Shown here: piece after piece, positions 54,528-63,846 of the stretch
Layout: every line of letters begins with the position of its first letter
Numbering within the stretch: the stretch's first letter is position 1
Program-made: the position numbers and the translations under genes
The notes under the pieces: model-generated
Told to the model about the DNA's origin: nothing
The model's database searches: none
Seen by the model: the letters and a program-made list of their open reading frames with translations, nothing else
Origin: an uncultured Candidatus Saccharibacteria bacterium
GTDB taxonomy: Bacteria > Patescibacteriota > Saccharimonadia > Saccharimonadales > 2-12-FULL-41-12
Reading direction: 5' to 3'
DNA length: 64,000 bases
Assembly: GCA_964573095.1 (NCBI GenBank)
Contig: CAZNIK010000002.1
Location: 7,230-71,229, forward strand

Positions 54528-55345
54528 GATTCACACCCCGCTGGCCAAGAATCAATGGTTCGCTCGACGCTGAGTTGTTGGTTGCTGCCGCCGATGGTTA
54601 GCGATGCCTTGCGGCCACCCCCCGACTCTTGAATACATACCACCACCCCAGATCCAGCGGTGGTGTTGATATTAGCCGTGTTGGCAGTGAAGTTTGCAAA
54701 CTCTCCAGTTTGCATTTTTAGCCCTGTACTTTCTACCGGCCAAACCGAAACCCGCGAGGCATTACCGCTGACGACGCCACCGTCTGATTTTGTAGAAAAA
54801 TCAGACACAATCACAAAGCCACCGACTTGTACCGGTGAGCTGGAAGTAGTAATGACCTTTGTGACCTCGACACTGGCCGTAAGCTGCCCAGTATCGAACA
54901 CGCCTGGCCGTCCGCTAATTCCCATAAGTACTGGTTGGGCCTCGCGCAATGACTCGACATCCTTGTTGCTGGTCTGCCGGTTGCCAACCATGGTATAGAC
55001 GTTATATGTACCGGGTTCTCCAGAAGGCTCAAATTGCAAGGCTTTACCCACAAACACACAGCCCTCGTTTGCCCCCTGCTCTTTTGTGCTTGATGTCGAA
55101 AATGACGGCTGACTATTATTTCCGCCGCTACACGTAAAGCCCGTGGTATATGGATAAAACCCTGTAGAAACATCATTGAGGACATCTTGAAGCTTTACCT
55201 GCATGGCATCTACCGACTGCGTAAACTGGTTTCGTCTGTTTTGTTGTGTCATCGCAATAATTACGGTCCCAAACAGCGAGGCGCTTATTATGAGGAACAT
55301 CATTGTTTCTATTATTGTGTACCCGTTGGCATTACGCCGTATCAT
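54524..55345 (-). CDS. type IV minor pilin
   Basis: ORF open from 55387, but MIRRNANG|YTIIETMMFL (ATG 55345) is the prepilin leader. ATGA-type overlap with the downstream gene. Confidence 0.75.
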   Translation of the reverse strand: MIRRNANGYTIIETMMFLIISASLFGTVIIAMTQQNRRNQFTQSVDAMQVKLQDVLNDVSTGFYPYTTGFTCSGGNNSQPSFSTSSTKEQGANEGCVFVGKALQFEPSGEPGTYNVYTMVGNRQTSNKDVESLREAQPVLMGISGRPGVFDTGQLTASVEVTKVITTSSSPVQVGGFVIVSDFSTKSDGGVVSGNASRVSVWPVESTGLKMQTGEFANFTANTANINTTAGSGVVVCIQESGGGRKASLTIGGSNQQLSVERTIDSWPAGCES

Positions 55346-55387
55346 GGGCAAATTATAGCATAAGCACTCGTCTCGAGCCTTGCGCAT

Positions 55388-56221
55388 TTAGCCGATGAAT
55401 GTGTCAACGTACCACTGAGTGATTTTTTCTCCCCACAGCTGGACTACAAACGCCCCAAGTATCAAGAATGGCCCAAACGGGATTTTGGTTCCCCGATGTG
55501 CCTTTTTGGTCAGCAAAAGTGGCAAAGAAACGACAGACCCAAGCAACGATGCAAAAAACAACACCAGCAAGGCAGGCTCGGGACCACCCACGACCGCTCC
55601 GAGCAAAAACCCAAGTTTTACGTCACCACCACCGATCCATTTGGCATTCGACAGCTGAAAAAGCAGGTAGAAGAGGCCTCCACCGACCAAAACCCCAACC
55701 AGGGCCCTTACAAACGGTTCTAGAGACTGTTCGGAAAGTATTTGGACCATAATCATGACGGACGCGACCCAATACAGCGAAAAGACCACCTTGTTTGGTA
55801 GTATCATCCACCGCAGGTCATACACAACAAGAGCCGCCAAACCGACCAGCATCACTAGCCAAAGGCCAAAGTACAGACTGCCGTACACGTCAAGCTCGAG
55901 CGGCCAAAACACATATGAAGCGACAAACGCGCCTGCGGTCGTCGCCTCCACCAATGGGTACTGCCATGAGATCGGTTGCGAACAATAGCGACACTTGCCA
56001 CGCAGTCCAATCCAGCTTAGTAGCGGAATGAGGTCGGCAACAGACAACTCGTGCTGGCAGTTTGGGCACATCGACCGGCCACGGGCAATAGAATACTGCG
56101 ATTTCTTCTTAGAGGTTTTTGCTGTTGTTTGGGCCTGCATATGAAGCCGCCACACCAGCGCATTCACAAAACTCCCCAGACACAATCCAAGCAATAGCAA
56201 CGCAACAATAATCATTAGCAA
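55388..56221 (-). CDS. pilD: prepilin peptidase / N-methyltransferase (A24 family)
   Basis: 277 aa. CPNCQHEL...CRYC zinc motif, polytopic, GGGDVKL aspartyl motif. Confidence 0.9.
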   Translation of the reverse strand: MLMIIVALLLLGLCLGSFVNALVWRLHMQAQTTAKTSKKKSQYSIARGRSMCPNCQHELSVADLIPLLSWIGLRGKCRYCSQPISWQYPLVEATTAGAFVASYVFWPLELDVYGSLYFGLWLVMLVGLAALVVYDLRWMILPNKVVFSLYWVASVMIMVQILSEQSLEPFVRALVGVLVGGGLFYLLFQLSNAKWIGGGDVKLGFLLGAVVGGPEPALLVLFFASLLGSVVSLPLLLTKKAHRGTKIPFGPFLILGAFVVQLWGEKITQWYVDTFIG

Positions 56222-56239
56222 TAATCATAGCACGCGACC

Positions 56240-56270
56240 AAATAAAAACGGGACCTCTTAGGATCCCGTT
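56240..56270 (-). terminator. terminator after the major pilin gene
   Basis: Minus strand has AACGGGA-10 nt-TCCCGTT followed by TTTATTTGG. Confidence 0.55.
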
Positions 56271-56287
56271 CTTTAACTTTTAGTTCT

Positions 56288-56770
56288 TTAGGATTGCACG
56301 CACTGAGCTTGAGTTGCACCAGAGGTTTCAATATTGTAATACGCAACATAGTTTCTCGATGATTTGCCGGTTTGCGGCGTGTTACCACTACAAGTTGCCC
56401 CGGTAATAACATATACGGTGCTCTCGTTAACTGGGGTAGGTACGGTCCCTTGAACAGTTACGGTATCAAACTGCGATACTTCAACTGTTGTGGTTGCCGT
56501 GCTTGCTCCCTGGTCTAATGTTGCCGTTGAGCCACTCATGGTGGACCTGCTCGGAATTTTTCCGCCGTTGTTTGATTGGTATTCACTAATAATACTCAAC
56601 ACTCTGGCTGCGTCGTTTTTGCGCTGGGTATTTCGACTATTTCTCTGAAGGGCTGGTACAGCCAAGAAGACGATCAAAAGAATCAGTCCGGCGATAGCCA
56701 AGACTATCAAGACTTCGATAATCGTAAATCCCTTATTATTTTTCTTTAAGCTATTTGTCATTTTGCCCAT
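56288..56770 (-). CDS. pilA: type IV major pilin
   Basis: 160 aa. KKNNKG|FTIIEVLIVLAIAGLILLIV. Has its own promoter and terminator. C-terminal Cys pair. Confidence 0.85.
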   Translation of the reverse strand: MGKMTNSLKKNNKGFTIIEVLIVLAIAGLILLIVFLAVPALQRNSRNTQRKNDAARVLSIISEYQSNNGGKIPSRSTMSGSTATLDQGASTATTTVEVSQFDTVTVQGTVPTPVNESTVYVITGATCSGNTPQTGKSSRNYVAYYNIETSGATQAQCVQS

Positions 56771-56807
56771 TCCCCCTTTTGGTGGTGTTGTTTAAGCTTA
56801 TGGTTAG

Positions 56808-56836
56808 AATATAGTCTAGTCGACCCCTCATTGCAA
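56808..56836 (-). promoter_or_regulatory. pilA promoter
   Basis: Minus strand reads TTGCAA (56836-56831), 17-nt spacer, TATATT (56813-56808). SD GGGGG upstream of the ATG. Confidence 0.5.
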
Positions 56837-56840
56837 CCCC

Positions 56841-58061
56841 TTACTTGATAAGATCCTTGCCCGCCAAGCCATAAATCGGCAACAGCACGGCCGCCACAAT
56901 AATAAACGCCACAACACCGAGTATGACCATCAAAAGCGGCTCGATAATGGTCGAGATGGTCTTTACTTGGTTGTCCACCTCTTTTTCGTAGTAATCGGCG
57001 GTTTTTTCGAGCATATCCTCGAGCGAACCCGACTCTTCACCGATCCGAAGCATGTTTGGCACCAACGGCAAGAAATTTGGGTCGCCTTCTAAAGAATCGG
57101 CGAGCGATTTTCCGCCTTTAACTTTTTCGATGGCTCGACCAATCGAGCGCTCAACGTGCACATTATTTATCGACTGAGCCACCACCTCGAGCATCTGGAT
57201 AAGCGGCACGCCACTGGCAACCAACGTGGTGCCGGTTCTGGCAAAGCGGGCCATATAGAGCTTCATAAACAATGGACCAATCGGCCAACCGGTCATCTTA
57301 AATCTATCAATTACGTCCCTGCCCCCTGGAGTTCTGGCATATCTGGTCGTGGTAAAGCCGGCCAGGCCGAGCAAAATAAGCACCAACCACCAAAACTTGG
57401 TCACAAAATGCGACACCGCTAACAGGGCTTTTGTGACGAGTGGCAAAGACGCGCCCGGCAAGTCGTTATAAATCACTTCTACTTGCGGCAGCACCTTGAC
57501 AATCATAAAACCAACCACCGCAATCATGACAAAAATCACCACCGCTGGGTACACCATCGCACCGCGAACTTTCGACAAAATTTCGGCATCTTTTTCTTGT
57601 TGGTCCGCAATCCGAATCAGCGCTTTGTCGAGCGTACCCGAAACTTCACCCGCCGCAATCAAACTGACGTAGACATTGTTAAATATTCTGGGGTGTTTTT
57701 TGAGCGCCTCGGAAAAGGATGACCCGCCTTCAATATCAGTAATAATCTGATTAATAACCACCCGGAACGACTTATTGGTTGTCTGATCGTTGACGTTTCG
57801 AAGGCTTTGCACCAGCGGCAAGCCAGCATTGATAAGCGTCGACATCTGGCGCGAAAAGATGATTTTGTCCTTGGCGGTAATTCGATTGCGTAGCCTGGCA
57901 ATCGGCGAAGAACCACCAACATCAACCAGCTTTATTTCGAGTGGCGCCAGGCCTTCGGCTTGGATAAGTTTGGCGGCGGCACCTTCGTTATCGGCCTGCA
58001 AAGTCGCTTTGACCTTTTGGCCACTGGCTGGGTCTCGAGCGGTATAGGCGTAACTTAACAT
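56841..58061 (-). CDS. pilC: type IV pilus platform protein (GspF family)
   Basis: 406 aa with two T2SS-F repeats and three TM segments. Confidence 0.93.
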   Translation of the reverse strand: MLSYAYTARDPASGQKVKATLQADNEGAAAKLIQAEGLAPLEIKLVDVGGSSPIARLRNRITAKDKIIFSRQMSTLINAGLPLVQSLRNVNDQTTNKSFRVVINQIITDIEGGSSFSEALKKHPRIFNNVYVSLIAAGEVSGTLDKALIRIADQQEKDAEILSKVRGAMVYPAVVIFVMIAVVGFMIVKVLPQVEVIYNDLPGASLPLVTKALLAVSHFVTKFWWLVLILLGLAGFTTTRYARTPGGRDVIDRFKMTGWPIGPLFMKLYMARFARTGTTLVASGVPLIQMLEVVAQSINNVHVERSIGRAIEKVKGGKSLADSLEGDPNFLPLVPNMLRIGEESGSLEDMLEKTADYYEKEVDNQVKTISTIIEPLLMVILGVVAFIIVAAVLLPIYGLAGKDLIK

Positions 58062-58067
58062 GGATCG

Positions 58068-59141
58068 CTAACCTCTCATTAACCTGTCAAGTTCATCCAA
58101 ATCAACTGCAACCTGGCGGGCCTCATCGTAGGTAATTGATCCATTGTGTATAAGGCTGACAAGTGTTTTGTCCATCGACTGCATACCGTGCTCGCCACCA
58201 GTTTGTATGACTGCATCGAGTTGATGGCTTTTACCTTCGCGAATGATGTTGCGCACCGCCGGTGTGGCCACAAGGATCTCGGCCGAAGCAATTCGGCCAC
58301 CGCCGATGGTTGGCACCAAGCGCTGCGAACAAATTGCCATCAGAATATTGCTCAGCTGGGCACGAATTTGGGGTTGTTGATGCGGCGGAAAGACATCTAT
58401 CATTCGGTCAATACTCTGCGCCGCACTGTTCGTGTGCAGCGTCGCAAAAACCAAGTGTCCGGTTTCGGCAATCGTAATCGCCGCGGCAATGGTTTCTAAA
58501 TCCCGCATCTCGCCAATCAGAACCACGTCGGGATCTTGCCGCAAACTCGAGCGCAGAGCCGCCGAAAAAGAATAGGTATCGTAATGAACTTCTCTCTGTA
58601 CAATGACCGATTTATTGCTCTTGTGGGTAAATTCTATCGGGTCTTCGATGGTGACAATGTGCGAGGCTCGCTCGGCGTTAATTTTGTGAATGAGGGCCGC
58701 CAGCGTCGTCGACTTACCAGACCCCGTTGGTCCGGTCACCAGCACTAGTCCCCTTGGATAATCAGCAAATTTTTCGACAATTTTTGGCAGTCCGAGCTGC
58801 TCAATAGTCAAAATCTCGTTGGGAATAAGTCGAAGAGCGGCGGCCAGATTGCCTCGTTCATGAAAGGCATTCACGCGGAACCGGCCAAGATCTCCAAAGG
58901 CAAAACTAAAGTCAAACTCTTTGTCTTTTAGTAGTATTTGCTTTTGTTCGTCGTCAAGAATTGCAAAGATGAGATTTTCGACATTTTGCTCGTTTAACAC
59001 CGGCGACCCCGTCACCGGGCGCAAGCCGCCGTCTACTCGAAGCATGGGTGGCAAAGCAACTTGCAAGTGAAGATCGGAAGCTTTGGTTTTTACCACCTCT
59101 TCGAGAAGTAGTTCTATTTTGAGCTGTGTTTGTTGTGCCAT
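58068..59141 (-). CDS. pilT: type IV pilus retraction ATPase
   Basis: 357 aa. GPTGSGKSTT, TIEDPIEF, GEMRD, ATLHTNSAAQSIDR. Confidence 0.95.
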   Translation of the reverse strand: MAQQTQLKIELLLEEVVKTKASDLHLQVALPPMLRVDGGLRPVTGSPVLNEQNVENLIFAILDDEQKQILLKDKEFDFSFAFGDLGRFRVNAFHERGNLAAALRLIPNEILTIEQLGLPKIVEKFADYPRGLVLVTGPTGSGKSTTLAALIHKINAERASHIVTIEDPIEFTHKSNKSVIVQREVHYDTYSFSAALRSSLRQDPDVVLIGEMRDLETIAAAITIAETGHLVFATLHTNSAAQSIDRMIDVFPPHQQPQIRAQLSNILMAICSQRLVPTIGGGRIASAEILVATPAVRNIIREGKSHQLDAVIQTGGEHGMQSMDKTLVSLIHNGSITYDEARQVAVDLDELDRLMRG

Positions 59142-59165
59142 ATCCCACCTGTCCTTTTCTACTAC

Positions 59166-60968
59166 TTACGCGCTGTCCGACGCGGCGACTCGATTTACCT
59201 CTGCAACGGTGGTATATCCTGCGAGTGCCTTGAGGTAACCGTCTTCGCGCATATTGATCATGCCTCTTCGCTGGGCCTCGGTCTGGATCTCGCTACTGGT
59301 TGCTCGCTTGAGTATTAACTGCTGAATTGCTTCGTCAACCTCAAACACTTCGTAGAGTCCCATACGTCCCTTGTACCCACCTGGGGTTTCGGGTCCATCT
59401 TTGCCCTTGTACAAAGTATAAGCATTTTGGTTCGCCAGTGGCAAGCTTTCGTAACCAAGATCATCAGAAACCGCCTTTCTCTGGGCCTCCTCTTTTGGCA
59501 ATAACTGGCCGACGGTACTCACAATTGCTTGTTGCTCGGCAGCGGACGACTGATAAGTTTCTTTGGTCGTATCAGCAATTCTCCGCACCAGGCGCTGACC
59601 GATGACGGTGCGAACCGTCGAGGCTATCAAAAACGGTTCGATACCCATATCGAGCAGCCTTGGCAAAATACCGGCGGCGCTATTGGTGTGCAGCGTACTA
59701 AACACCAAGTGCCCCGTCAATGCTGCTTGCACAGCCAGCGTGGCAGTTTCTTTGTCGCGAATTTCTCCCACCATAACGACGTCTGGGTCTTGGCGCAGAA
59801 TCGAGCGCAGCCCCGACGCAAAGGTCAGCCCCACTTCGGCATTTACTTGAATCTGATTAATGCCTTCCATTTTATATTCGACGGGGTCCTCAAGCGTCAC
59901 AATATTTATGGCTTCGTTCTTTATTTCTTGAATAAGTGCGTACAGTGAGGTCGATTTACCAGAACCAGTCGGCCCAGAAGTCAGAATCATGCCGTTTGGA
60001 TTTTCTATGCCTTTTCGGATGGTTCGAAGCGCCCGGCCATGATAGCCCATGTCCTCGAGTTTTAGGCTGGTGCCCGTCTTATCAAGCAGTCGAATTACGA
60101 CTTGCTCGCCCCACACCACCGGAGATATGGCGATACGAAGATCAATCGCTTTATCGCCCACCAACACCGTAAATTGACCATCTTGGGGAATACGATGTTC
60201 GTCGATCTTCAAGTTGCTCAAAATTTTTATTCGCGAGATCAACGGTGGCTCGGTAGACTTTGGAAGTTTCATTATTTCACGCAACACGCCGTCGATCCGG
60301 CAGCGAATTTTAAGCTCTTTTTCCAGCGGCTCAATATGCACATCGCTCGCCCGACTGTTGGCAGCGTATTCCAAAATTGCAGACAAGGCCTTGCTAATCG
60401 GCGAATCTTGGACAATGGTTTTGATATTCGAATTTGTCTTGAGCAGTTCGGCAGCGGCGTCGGCTTTTTGCTCGGCAGGCGTTCCTGGATGCGATTGAAT
60501 AGCGCGTGTTACATCTGCTTCGACATCTTCGTCGTACTGCTTTAAGATCCTTCGTATGCCCTCTTCGCTGGCGGTATAGACCTTAAGCGGTCGGCCAATT
60601 CGATTGGCCAAAAAGTCTACCGCTTGCACGTTGTCGGCATCGAGCATCGCCACTACTAGACGACTTTTGATTTGCCCAATTGGCACCGCCATATAGTGTT
60701 CGGCAATATCTTTTGGCAGCAGTCGAAGCACTTCTTTTTCAATACGGGCATCCGTGAGATTGACGTACGGAACCTTATTTACCTTGGCAATTGTTTTGGT
60801 AAGGACTTCGTTGGAAATCTTTCCGTCGCTCGCCAGCAGTGACAACAATGGCTCGGTACTTGACTTGGCTTTTTCGCGAATTTGTTCGAGTTTTTCAGTA
60901 GTAATAACCCCATCAGCAACCAGGGTTTTCTCGACCAGTTTTTGGTTTTCTGTAGAAAGTACCGACAC
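59166..60968 (-). CDS. pilB: type IV pilus assembly ATPase (GspE family)
   Basis: 600 aa. Two N-terminal GSPII_E-N-type domains, GPTGSGKSTS, TLEDPVEY, GEIRD, STLHTNSAAG. Confidence 0.95.
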   Translation of the reverse strand: MSVLSTENQKLVEKTLVADGVITTEKLEQIREKAKSSTEPLLSLLASDGKISNEVLTKTIAKVNKVPYVNLTDARIEKEVLRLLPKDIAEHYMAVPIGQIKSRLVVAMLDADNVQAVDFLANRIGRPLKVYTASEEGIRRILKQYDEDVEADVTRAIQSHPGTPAEQKADAAAELLKTNSNIKTIVQDSPISKALSAILEYAANSRASDVHIEPLEKELKIRCRIDGVLREIMKLPKSTEPPLISRIKILSNLKIDEHRIPQDGQFTVLVGDKAIDLRIAISPVVWGEQVVIRLLDKTGTSLKLEDMGYHGRALRTIRKGIENPNGMILTSGPTGSGKSTSLYALIQEIKNEAINIVTLEDPVEYKMEGINQIQVNAEVGLTFASGLRSILRQDPDVVMVGEIRDKETATLAVQAALTGHLVFSTLHTNSAAGILPRLLDMGIEPFLIASTVRTVIGQRLVRRIADTTKETYQSSAAEQQAIVSTVGQLLPKEEAQRKAVSDDLGYESLPLANQNAYTLYKGKDGPETPGGYKGRMGLYEVFEVDEAIQQLILKRATSSEIQTEAQRRGMINMREDGYLKALAGYTTVAEVNRVAASDSA

Positions 60969-60983
60969 CCCAGCTTACCTCAG

Positions 60984-61220
60984 CTAGAGCGGTTTTTGGT
61001 TATTGTTATCACCAATTTGAATCAACTGAGTTGGATTAATCGCGTTTTGGTTAAACACTTTGGGGTCTGGCTTTTGAAAATCAGAAGTTATCGCACTGAC
61101 TGTTTCGGCCTTCAGCTCCTTACCTTTTTTTCCGACAAACAAGGTGCTGGTAATGAGGATAGAGATAACTCCGGCAAAAACCGCGACCACAATAATGACT
61201 GCAATATCTTTTCGTTTCAT
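60984..61220 (-). CDS. small single-pass membrane protein in pilus operon
   Basis: 78 aa with an N-terminal TM helix. 4-nt overlap with the pilO-like gene. Confidence 0.5.
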   Translation of the reverse strand: MKRKDIAVIIVVAVFAGVISILITSTLFVGKKGKELKAETVSAITSDFQKPDPKVFNQNAINPTQLIQIGDNNNQKPL

Positions 61221-61891
61221 CTTTTTACCGTCTCCGTCTTTACGTCAAACTTCTTTTCTGGTTGGTAAAAGGTCTTGGCATCAACCGTTACTTTGAGCGA
61301 AGAACCACCGCCATTTATGACAATTTTTTGGACTTGCATGGGGCGAATCGAGCGTTCAAACAGCTGCATCAACGACTTGGTTGCCGACCCAGACGTATTT
61401 ACCGTCACCGAAAATGGTATTTCGACCGGGCTTGGCGACACCGAAGATTGGTTGGAGGCTTGAGCAACTTCGTCGTCCACTCCAGTAATAGTCTCCAAAG
61501 AGAATTGATTGTCCTTCAGCAGCTTTTCCAGACTAGTCGCCAGTGCTGGAAAGTCATATTTACTTGGCAGCGCGTCGAGCACAATTCGCGGATTTTCGCC
61601 GTCGCGTGGTCCATTGCCTTTTGGATTTCCGCCCAGGACATTGGTCGTTTCGCCAGCAAAGGCTTGATACGAACTATCGAGTTTTTGTACTTCTTCAAGG
61701 TTTTTCTTGGTTTGCTTTAGCGCAATTTTTTTCTTGGCAATTACTTTGGCCTGGTACGACCTTTGGTCCATCAGTGCCTTTCCAGCAATCAGCGAAAACA
61801 CCACCACAAAAACTGCTAGGCTGACCGCCAACACAATGGTGGCCTGAGCTTTGTCTATTTCGAGTCGTTTGGTTGATGGAGGTAACGCCAT
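61217..61891 (-). CDS. pilO: PilO-like pilus alignment protein
   Basis: 224 aa. Short N-tail, TM helix, coiled coil, alpha/beta C-domain. Position directly after pilN. Confidence 0.55.
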   Translation of the reverse strand: MALPPSTKRLEIDKAQATIVLAVSLAVFVVVFSLIAGKALMDQRSYQAKVIAKKKIALKQTKKNLEEVQKLDSSYQAFAGETTNVLGGNPKGNGPRDGENPRIVLDALPSKYDFPALATSLEKLLKDNQFSLETITGVDDEVAQASNQSSVSPSPVEIPFSVTVNTSGSATKSLMQLFERSIRPMQVQKIVINGGGSSLKVTVDAKTFYQPEKKFDVKTETVKR

Positions 61892-61892
61892 G

Positions 61893-62630
61893 TTATTGTC
61901 CCTGTCCTGGTACGTTTTGCGTTTGCGGACTAAATAATGCAGCCGGTTTTTCGGTCTCAGATCGGGTCGAAATAATGTTTGGCACAGTTAATGTGACTGG
62001 CTGTTTTCCGTCGGGAACATCGCCCTTCACATTCTGGAAAATCACCGGATCAAAGCTAAATTTGAGGCTGTAGGTTGCCTTGCCGCCTTGGCCAGCCCCA
62101 GCCGGTTTTTCTACCGAAAAGCTATCCAGCACCACGTTGCTAAAGGCTTTTCCGGTTTTTTCATCGCCAGTGTTCACCTTGTAGTCGGTAAACTTGAGCG
62201 TATCAACAAATTTGTTCACGGTTCCGAGATTGTCGGCTTCTCCCTGCAACTCAATGCTGTTGGCAGCAAAGTCAACCGAAATAGTTGTAATTGTCGATTG
62301 GGTTGGCAGCAGTTGCGTCAAATAATCAAGCAACCGAGAACTGACCACTTTTTGGTCGTGCAACGCAGGCAAACTAGAAAGTTGGTTTTGAATGGTCAAA
62401 ATCTTGTCCAAGTCTTCTTTTGACTGGATCTTCTTAACGTTGGTGTTGATGTCCTTGGTAAGATCGCTAATATATTTGGCTTGATTGACTTTAACAAACA
62501 AGAAAAGTAGCAAAAACAGGCCAAAAAACACCGCCGAAACCACAATCGACGTCCCAATAATCAGTCTTTTACGATTTCGCGCCTTTACATATTCGAGCTT
62601 TACATCTGGCAGGAGGTTAAATTGAATCAT
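61893..62630 (-). CDS. pilN: PilN-like pilus alignment protein
   Basis: 245 aa. MIQFNLLPDVK... N-terminus (PilM-binding INLLP-type motif), TM helix, coiled coil. Confidence 0.7.
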   Translation of the reverse strand: MIQFNLLPDVKLEYVKARNRKRLIIGTSIVVSAVFFGLFLLLFLFVKVNQAKYISDLTKDINTNVKKIQSKEDLDKILTIQNQLSSLPALHDQKVVSSRLLDYLTQLLPTQSTITTISVDFAANSIELQGEADNLGTVNKFVDTLKFTDYKVNTGDEKTGKAFSNVVLDSFSVEKPAGAGQGGKATYSLKFSFDPVIFQNVKGDVPDGKQPVTLTVPNIISTRSETEKPAALFSPQTQNVPGQGQ

Positions 62631-62809
62631 TGCGCTACCTCGCTTCGCTCGTGGCTTTTAAGAGGGGTGAAGCCCCTCTCAACGCGCCGTGCAAGCCTTT
62701 GCTTGCTCGGGCTGCTCTCCCCAACATAGAAGTTTGAAAACCCAAAATAAATTTGTTTTTTCAAACGATTAACAAAACTGTGTCGGCTGGTGTAAGCTGT
62801 CTGGATCAT
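62627..62809 (-). CDS. candidate 60-aa basic protein coupled between pilM and pilN
   Basis: ATG 62809 overlaps the pilM stop (ATGA) and its TGA overlaps the pilN ATG (ATGA). Encodes MIQTAYTSRHSFVNRLKKQIYFGFSNFYVGESSPSKQRLARRVERGFTPLKSHERSEVAQ. This is the 3' two-thirds of the 92-aa track ORF. Confidence 0.45.
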   Translation of the reverse strand: MIQTAYTSRHSFVNRLKKQIYFGFSNFYVGESSPSKQRLARRVERGFTPLKSHERSEVAQ

Positions 62810-63846
62810 TCGTCCCTCTCCGCCAGGCCGACTGCCACCCCAAAATGGTTTGACACCGCCATGAGTTCGTTTTGTCGCTCCATGCCATAGACGACATTTC
62901 TCCAAGAATTGCCGATTTCGACATTTACGCCAAATTTGTTGGCAATATACAGCGGAAATTCGGGCAAGGCTGACGCGCCGCCCGTCATCACAATCCGATC
63001 GAGTTTTGTGCCCTGGTATCTGGTTTGGAAGAACTTAATCGACTTATCAATATCACCCATAAGTAGGTCAATTGTACCGATGATGGCATGGTACACCTGG
63101 CCCTCTAGTTTATTTTCGCTGACCCCAAACTTAAAGACGAATTCTTGGGCCTGCTTTTCGTCGATATTCAGATTTTGCTGGGCCGACTTAATGATTGCAT
63201 CAGAACCAGTAGGCACAGAGCGCGTCAATCGTGGGGCGCCGTTCATGGTGATCACCAAATCAGTACTTTTGCTGCCAATATCGAGCACCATGTGTGGTGT
63301 TTGGGCGTCTTGCGGCAACATCGACCGTGTCAGCGCCAAGTTATCTGGTTCAAAAGCGACCACATTCAGCCCAATTGACTCAAGCAAGTCCAGACGTTTT
63401 TCGATAAACTCATTCGGCACGCTCGTCAGCAGCACCTCTACCTTGTTGGCGTCTGTTGGCGAATCACCAATTATTGCCCAGTCAATCTTGGACTCATTAA
63501 TCGGTGTCGGGATCAGCGAATCAGCTTGGAATCGGATGGTTTTTGCCAACTCCGCGGGAGAAATTCGCTCAATATCAACCACAGTCGTAAATACTCGCTG
63601 CGAAGGAATGCCAACTGCCACGTTTTTGGTGCTTATTTGGGCAGCGCTCAGCATTTCGCGAATTTTTTCGCCGACTTTTTGCTGATCAGCTTTTGAGTCG
63701 CTCAGAGAAATCTTACTCTCGATCGGTGTCATGGCGTAACGCAGCAATTGTTTGTTGCGCGGGTTGTTTGTCAACTGCACGGCCCGAATCGCCGTACTGC
63801 CAATGTCGAGACCAAAGAATTCGGATACCCCACTCAGTAAACTCAT
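62806..63846 (-). CDS. pilM: type IV pilus assembly ATPase-fold protein (actin-like)
   Basis: 346 aa. FGLDIGSTAIRAV, VLDIGSKSTDL, IVMTGGASALP (ASKHA fold). Confidence 0.9.
   Translation of the reverse strand: MSLLSGVSEFFGLDIGSTAIRAVQLTNNPRNKQLLRYAMTPIESKISLSDSKADQQKVGEKIREMLSAAQISTKNVAVGIPSQRVFTTVVDIERISPAELAKTIRFQADSLIPTPINESKIDWAIIGDSPTDANKVEVLLTSVPNEFIEKRLDLLESIGLNVVAFEPDNLALTRSMLPQDAQTPHMVLDIGSKSTDLVITMNGAPRLTRSVPTGSDAIIKSAQQNLNIDEKQAQEFVFKFGVSENKLEGQVYHAIIGTIDLLMGDIDKSIKFFQTRYQGTKLDRIVMTGGASALPEFPLYIANKFGVNVEIGNSWRNVVYGMERQNELMAVSNHFGVAVGLAERDE

Noticed and set aside
62810-62905. Upstream third of the 92-aa ORF (62627..62905)
   Set aside because: This part overlaps the 3' end of pilM in another frame. 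Only the segment from ATG 62809, which has ATGA coupling, is considered plausible.
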